64,000 bases of DNA from Gemmatimonadales bacterium (GTDB taxonomy: Bacteria > Gemmatimonadota > Gemmatimonadetes > Gemmatimonadales > GWC2-71-9). Where the stretch lies: the NCBI GenBank assembly GCA_037189525.1, contig JBBCJC010000005.1:96001-160000 (forward strand), given 5' to 3'. Below the pieces are notes generated by a model. The model had not been told where the DNA came from and did no database searches. It saw only the letters and a list, made by a program, of their open reading frames with translations. The translations under genes were made by a program, and so were the position numbers. Below are positions 61,181-64,000 of the stretch, piece by piece (position 1 is the first letter of the stretch; each line of letters starts with the position of its first letter).

Positions 61181-61852
61181 ATGATCCGAAGCTGGCGTCG
61201 CGTAGCAGAAGCCCTTCTTCCGGAACTTGTCCAGGGCAAGCGAACGCGCACCTTGTCCGAGTTCTTCTTTGACCTCGTACTCGCCGTCCGGGCAGCCGGG
61301 CCCGAGTCCGATCTGTTCCTGCGTGCGAATGCCTTTGCCGCGTACAGCTTACATCCCGACCGGCATCGCTCGGTCCGACGGACCCTCATCACGGATTACG
61401 TGCGGCATCTCGCGGCAGATCCGAACCTCCGCCTCGCCCTGGCAGCCTACTTTCTCAACGACGCCCATCGACTCAGCCCCGCGCTGCAGCCCGTTCTACC
61501 GAGCGAGGAGTTGGCCCTTTGGGAAGCGGCGCTCGCCGCGGCGGGGCCGCCTCGAGCTCAATGGTCTCGGGCCGATCTTGAGGCGATCGCGGCTCATGCG
61601 AGCGCGCATGAGCCTCGGGTTCAAGCGAGCCTGGTGGTGGGCTGCTACCATTGCGTAGACGTGCTTTCGCCTGCCCGCATCACGGAATGGATTCCATCCC
61701 TACAGGCTGGGGTACCGCGGACGGCGCTCTGCCCCCAATGTGGGATTGATGCCATTCTGCCGGACGATGTTCCCGGTGCAGCGCTTACAAAGCCACTCCT
61801 CGCTGCGATGGAGGCCTATTGGTTTGGGGATCTGGGTACGACTGCGGTCTAA
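61181..61852 (+). CDS. Gene-cassette protein: helical N-domain plus Zn-ribbon (GCYHC...CPQCGID) C-domain
   Basis: 223 aa; stop codon lies inside the attC R'' box. Confidence 0.8.
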   Translation: MIRSWRRVAEALLPELVQGKRTRTLSEFFFDLVLAVRAAGPESDLFLRANAFAAYSLHPDRHRSVRRTLITDYVRHLAADPNLRLALAAYFLNDAHRLSPALQPVLPSEELALWEAALAAAGPPRAQWSRADLEAIAAHASAHEPRVQASLVVGCYHCVDVLSPARITEWIPSLQAGVPRTALCPQCGIDAILPDDVPGAALTKPLLAAMEAYWFGDLGTTAV

Positions 61853-61987
61853 CAAGGTGTTGCAGCGGGCAGGCACGGCGGGGTGCCGGTTTGCGGAGTC
61901 GCGGCCGCGCCCTCATGTTAGTGGGAGGCCGGCGCGGCCGGTCGGCTCCGTGAGCACGCCTGCCGCTGAACACCAAAGTCGTTAGGC
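61847..61987 (+). mobile_element. Integron attC site (141 bp)
   Basis: R'' GTCTAAC; L'' GGTGTT[G]CAGCGG[G]CAGGC pairs with GCCTG-CCGCTG-AACACC leaving two unpaired bases; R' GTTAGGC. Confidence 0.9.
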
Positions 61988-61999
61988 AGCATTGCCAGC

Positions 62000-62374
62000 A
62001 TGGAATCAACTCGTCGAATGCCGGTGCCGTTCAACCGGAAGACTCGCCAACCCGGGCGCGGGCACTTGGTGCCGAAGCTGACCGCAACCACTGGCGGCGG
62101 TTTCCTCCGTCTGCCCGGGCTACGGCCCGTCGAATACAGCATGATCGGCTTCCTCGGGCCGGCCGTTACGACGGGCGATGTCCTTGAGCGGTGGGAAGAA
62201 TCCGCACCACTTCCGGTCCCCCGGGCTGCAGCCGAAGCCGCGATCGACGAGTACCTCCGGCAGATCCAGGGGTTCAAAGTCGGGATGATTGTCGAGATCA
62301 GCTATGGTCCTGGCGGATTCCTGCTGACAATGGTGGCGCGGACGCCGCATTCGGAGGATCGTCCATTGCCATAA
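62000..62374 (+). CDS. Gene-cassette hypothetical protein
   Basis: 124-aa ORF starting just after the attC R' box. Confidence 0.6.
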   Translation: MESTRRMPVPFNRKTRQPGRGHLVPKLTATTGGGFLRLPGLRPVEYSMIGFLGPAVTTGDVLERWEESAPLPVPRAAAEAAIDEYLRQIQGFKVGMIVEISYGPGGFLLTMVARTPHSEDRPLP

Positions 62375-62430
62375 GTGCGGACTCGAGGTAGTCACCGCCC
62401 TCTGACGCAGACGCTTGGTTCGGAGTGGGG

Positions 62431-62560
62431 GATTTGCAGCGGACAGCCGGACAAGTCTCCTCTGACGGAGCCGAGCGACCACGACTCGACTTTTGAACGT
62501 TATCGCCGATCTGCACGTCTAAATCCTGTCGTCAAGACGATTCCATCGGGCTCGTTAGCC
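62431..62560 (+). mobile_element. Degenerate attC
   Basis: TTTGCAGCGGACAGCCGGACAAGTC...CGGAG resembles the other attC left arms; GTTAGCC at 62554-62560; R'' lost. Confidence 0.45.
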
Positions 62561-62608
62561 GGCCTACGTCGGTCGCGTTCACATTCTCCCCCTCGAGGGG
62601 CAACCATC

Positions 62609-63022
62609 ATGCGTGTTCTAGTAGTCTACACGATGTTCCTGGCGCTCCAGCTTGGGCCGACTGAATCCCGCGCCCAACCGCGTCGGAGTGTCCCGGTCGG
62701 CGACTACCACATCCACCTGATGAGCGAGTCCGCGGCCAGACTCTTATTGGGGCCGACACTGGCCGAGGTCGAGCTACCCGCGGAGAGCGATCTCGTGATC
62801 CGCCAGTGGAGCGCGCGATCAAGGCGGTGGATCGCGCGTCGTTCACGGCTCCGTTTACGGCGGACGGCCTGTTGGGCCTGGCAAACGGCTGGGCTCGCGG
62901 GAGCGCGGCGATCCGCGGCGCCCCGGCGCTCACGTGGGACTGCACCGTTCGTTGAGCTTCGCTACATGGTGAATCGCCGTCTGTTCGACGGTCTCGTCGT
63001 GGCCGTGGGAGCGAGCTTCTGA
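62609..63022 (+). pseudogene. Mosaic or deleted cassette ORF (amidohydrolase-like start DYHIH, frameshift, unrelated 3' end)
   Basis: GAGGGG SD and signal peptide, then DYHIHLMS; the frame degrades after VELPAE. Confidence 0.45.
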
Positions 63023-63029
63023 TGCTCGC

Positions 63030-63090
63030 GTATAACGAAGGTTTGCAGCGGGCGGCTGGGCAAGTCCTTTCGGAGTCGCGGTCGCCTCCC
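63030..63090 (+). mobile_element. Left half of an attC (right arm missing)
   Basis: GTATAAC-GAAGGTTTGCAGCGGGC...CGGAGTCGCGG, shared with the intact attC. Confidence 0.6.
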
Positions 63091-63123
63091 TGTCGGTCAG
63101 CGAAGCACAATGCTGAATCAGGC

Positions 63124-63464
63124 TCAGCCAAGAGCTAAAAAGACAGCCTCGGTATCCGTGACAAACGCCTCAATGTCCGCAGCATGAGCCCGCAGGAGTG
63201 CGACAATGGTCTCCGTCGAAACATTCCCTAAACGAATCCAAACAACCTTCGGCGGTGTACCGCGAATTAGACTGAGTTGATGGAAGTCGGCGTCTTTAGT
63301 GACAAGTACGAACCCGCCATCGCCGGCGTACTGCCAGACCTGAGCATCGCTGGCTTCAGCAAGCCCCAACAGCGACGTGTGGGACGACCCCGGAAAAAGA
63401 TCGCCGAGTGAGACGGCGAGATGGCGAGATGGCGCGAGAGGTTCTGATCGAAAAGAAGCTTCAC
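63124..63464 (-). pseudogene. DUF5615 PIN-like toxin, frameshifted
   Basis: MKLLFDQNLSRHLA in one frame and ...SDAQVW...VTKDADF...PPKVVWIRLGN in another. Confidence 0.88.
63411..63434. repeat. 8-bp tandem repeat causing the toxin frameshift
   Basis: AGACGGCG-AGATGGCG-AGATGGCG; deleting one AGATGGCG restores LSRHLAVSLGD. Confidence 0.9.
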
Positions 63465-63688
63465 GCGGCCGGGATTGACACCATCTTACGTTCCCGATCC
63501 GCGGCAAATGCCAAGCAAGCCCGGATGTCCTCCGAAGTGAGTTCAGGAAAATCCGCCAGAATCTGGGCTTCAGTCATTCCCGAGGCCAGGTACTCGAGAA
63601 TATCCTGAACAGCGATGCGCAATCCCCGAATCGTGGGTTTTCCGAATCGCTTTTCGGGGTCGAGAGTGATAAGCCGTTGATAGTCCAT
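63461..63688 (-). CDS. DUF433 antitoxin
   Basis: ITLDPEKRFGKPTIRGLRIAV...GMTEAQILADFPELTSEDIRACLAFAA. Confidence 0.94.
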   Translation of the reverse strand: MDYQRLITLDPEKRFGKPTIRGLRIAVQDILEYLASGMTEAQILADFPELTSEDIRACLAFAADRERKMVSIPAA

Positions 63689-63695
63689 AGGTTAG

Positions 63696-63724
63696 ACGAT
63701 ACGGCCTTAGCCAAAATCGCGCAA
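63696..63724 (-). promoter_or_regulatory. Leaderless sigma70 promoter of the DUF433-DUF5615 operon
   Basis: TTGCGC-N17-TATCGT, 7 nt before ATG; no SD. Confidence 0.55.
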
Positions 63725-64000
63725 TGCTGGGGCGAGGAACACGAGTTGGGAGATCAGGTTGAGAGAAGTGCGGGTTCGACGTCCTATCTCTTCCGCCGCC
63801 CGGATGCACCTGGTTTATGGATTTTTCGTGCTCCGATTACTGTACATTGGAATTTCCGTCATGTGCCGTACAAGGAGCCACCCTAGCTGAGCAAAGGGAA
63901 ATAAAAGTTGGTAAGTCCCGCTTGCCGGCACGGCGCGTGGGTTCGTAGACTTGAAGGGACCGTCGAGCCACTCTCCGAACCGGAGTTGTTCCATGCGCAG

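Noticed and set aside
63691..63697. GTTAGAC as another cassette boundary
   Set aside because: No attC stem precedes it; it lies within the TA promoter-start spacer
63922..64000. Promoter-like TTGCCG-N18-TAGACT and a gene start at 63993
   Set aside because: Only 8 nt of coding sequence in the window; cannot be assigned

Overview
GC-rich bacterial chromosome segment, most consistent with Gemmatimonadota (inferred from SusC/SusD pairs, HprK with a mannose-family PTS, and an actinobacterial-type TopA). Left part (1-23.3 kb): a truncated TonB-dependent receptor preceded by a His/Cys-rich exported leader ORF ending in a RAPP-like HAPP motif, msrPQ, two tRNA-Ser genes, topA, an IclR-linked and a second SusC/SusD pair, MATE, tadA, and a Fur-boxed Fiu/PiuC iron-uptake pair. 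Middle (23.3-49 kb): one co-directional minus-strand housekeeping run (fmdB-like, argS, pfkB, purM, rib operon, nusB, hpf, hprK, full PTS, metK, a BtuFCD-like ABC system, recO, clpB). Right part (49-64 kb): accessory DNA with an M48 protease facing a tandem array of 3 intact and 1 decayed Ig-like lipoprotein paralogs, a broken vapBC, a MarR redox operon, and a decaying integron cassette array. That array has one intact 141-bp attC, degenerate attCs, a candidate attI and no integrase in the window. It ends in a DUF433/DUF5615 TA pair whose toxin is frameshifted by an 8-bp tandem duplication. Best novelty candidates: the HAPP arrest-peptide/TBDT metal switch, the lipoprotein array opposite the protease, and the integrase-less cassette array. 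All calls come from motif recognition by eye; no database searches were run.
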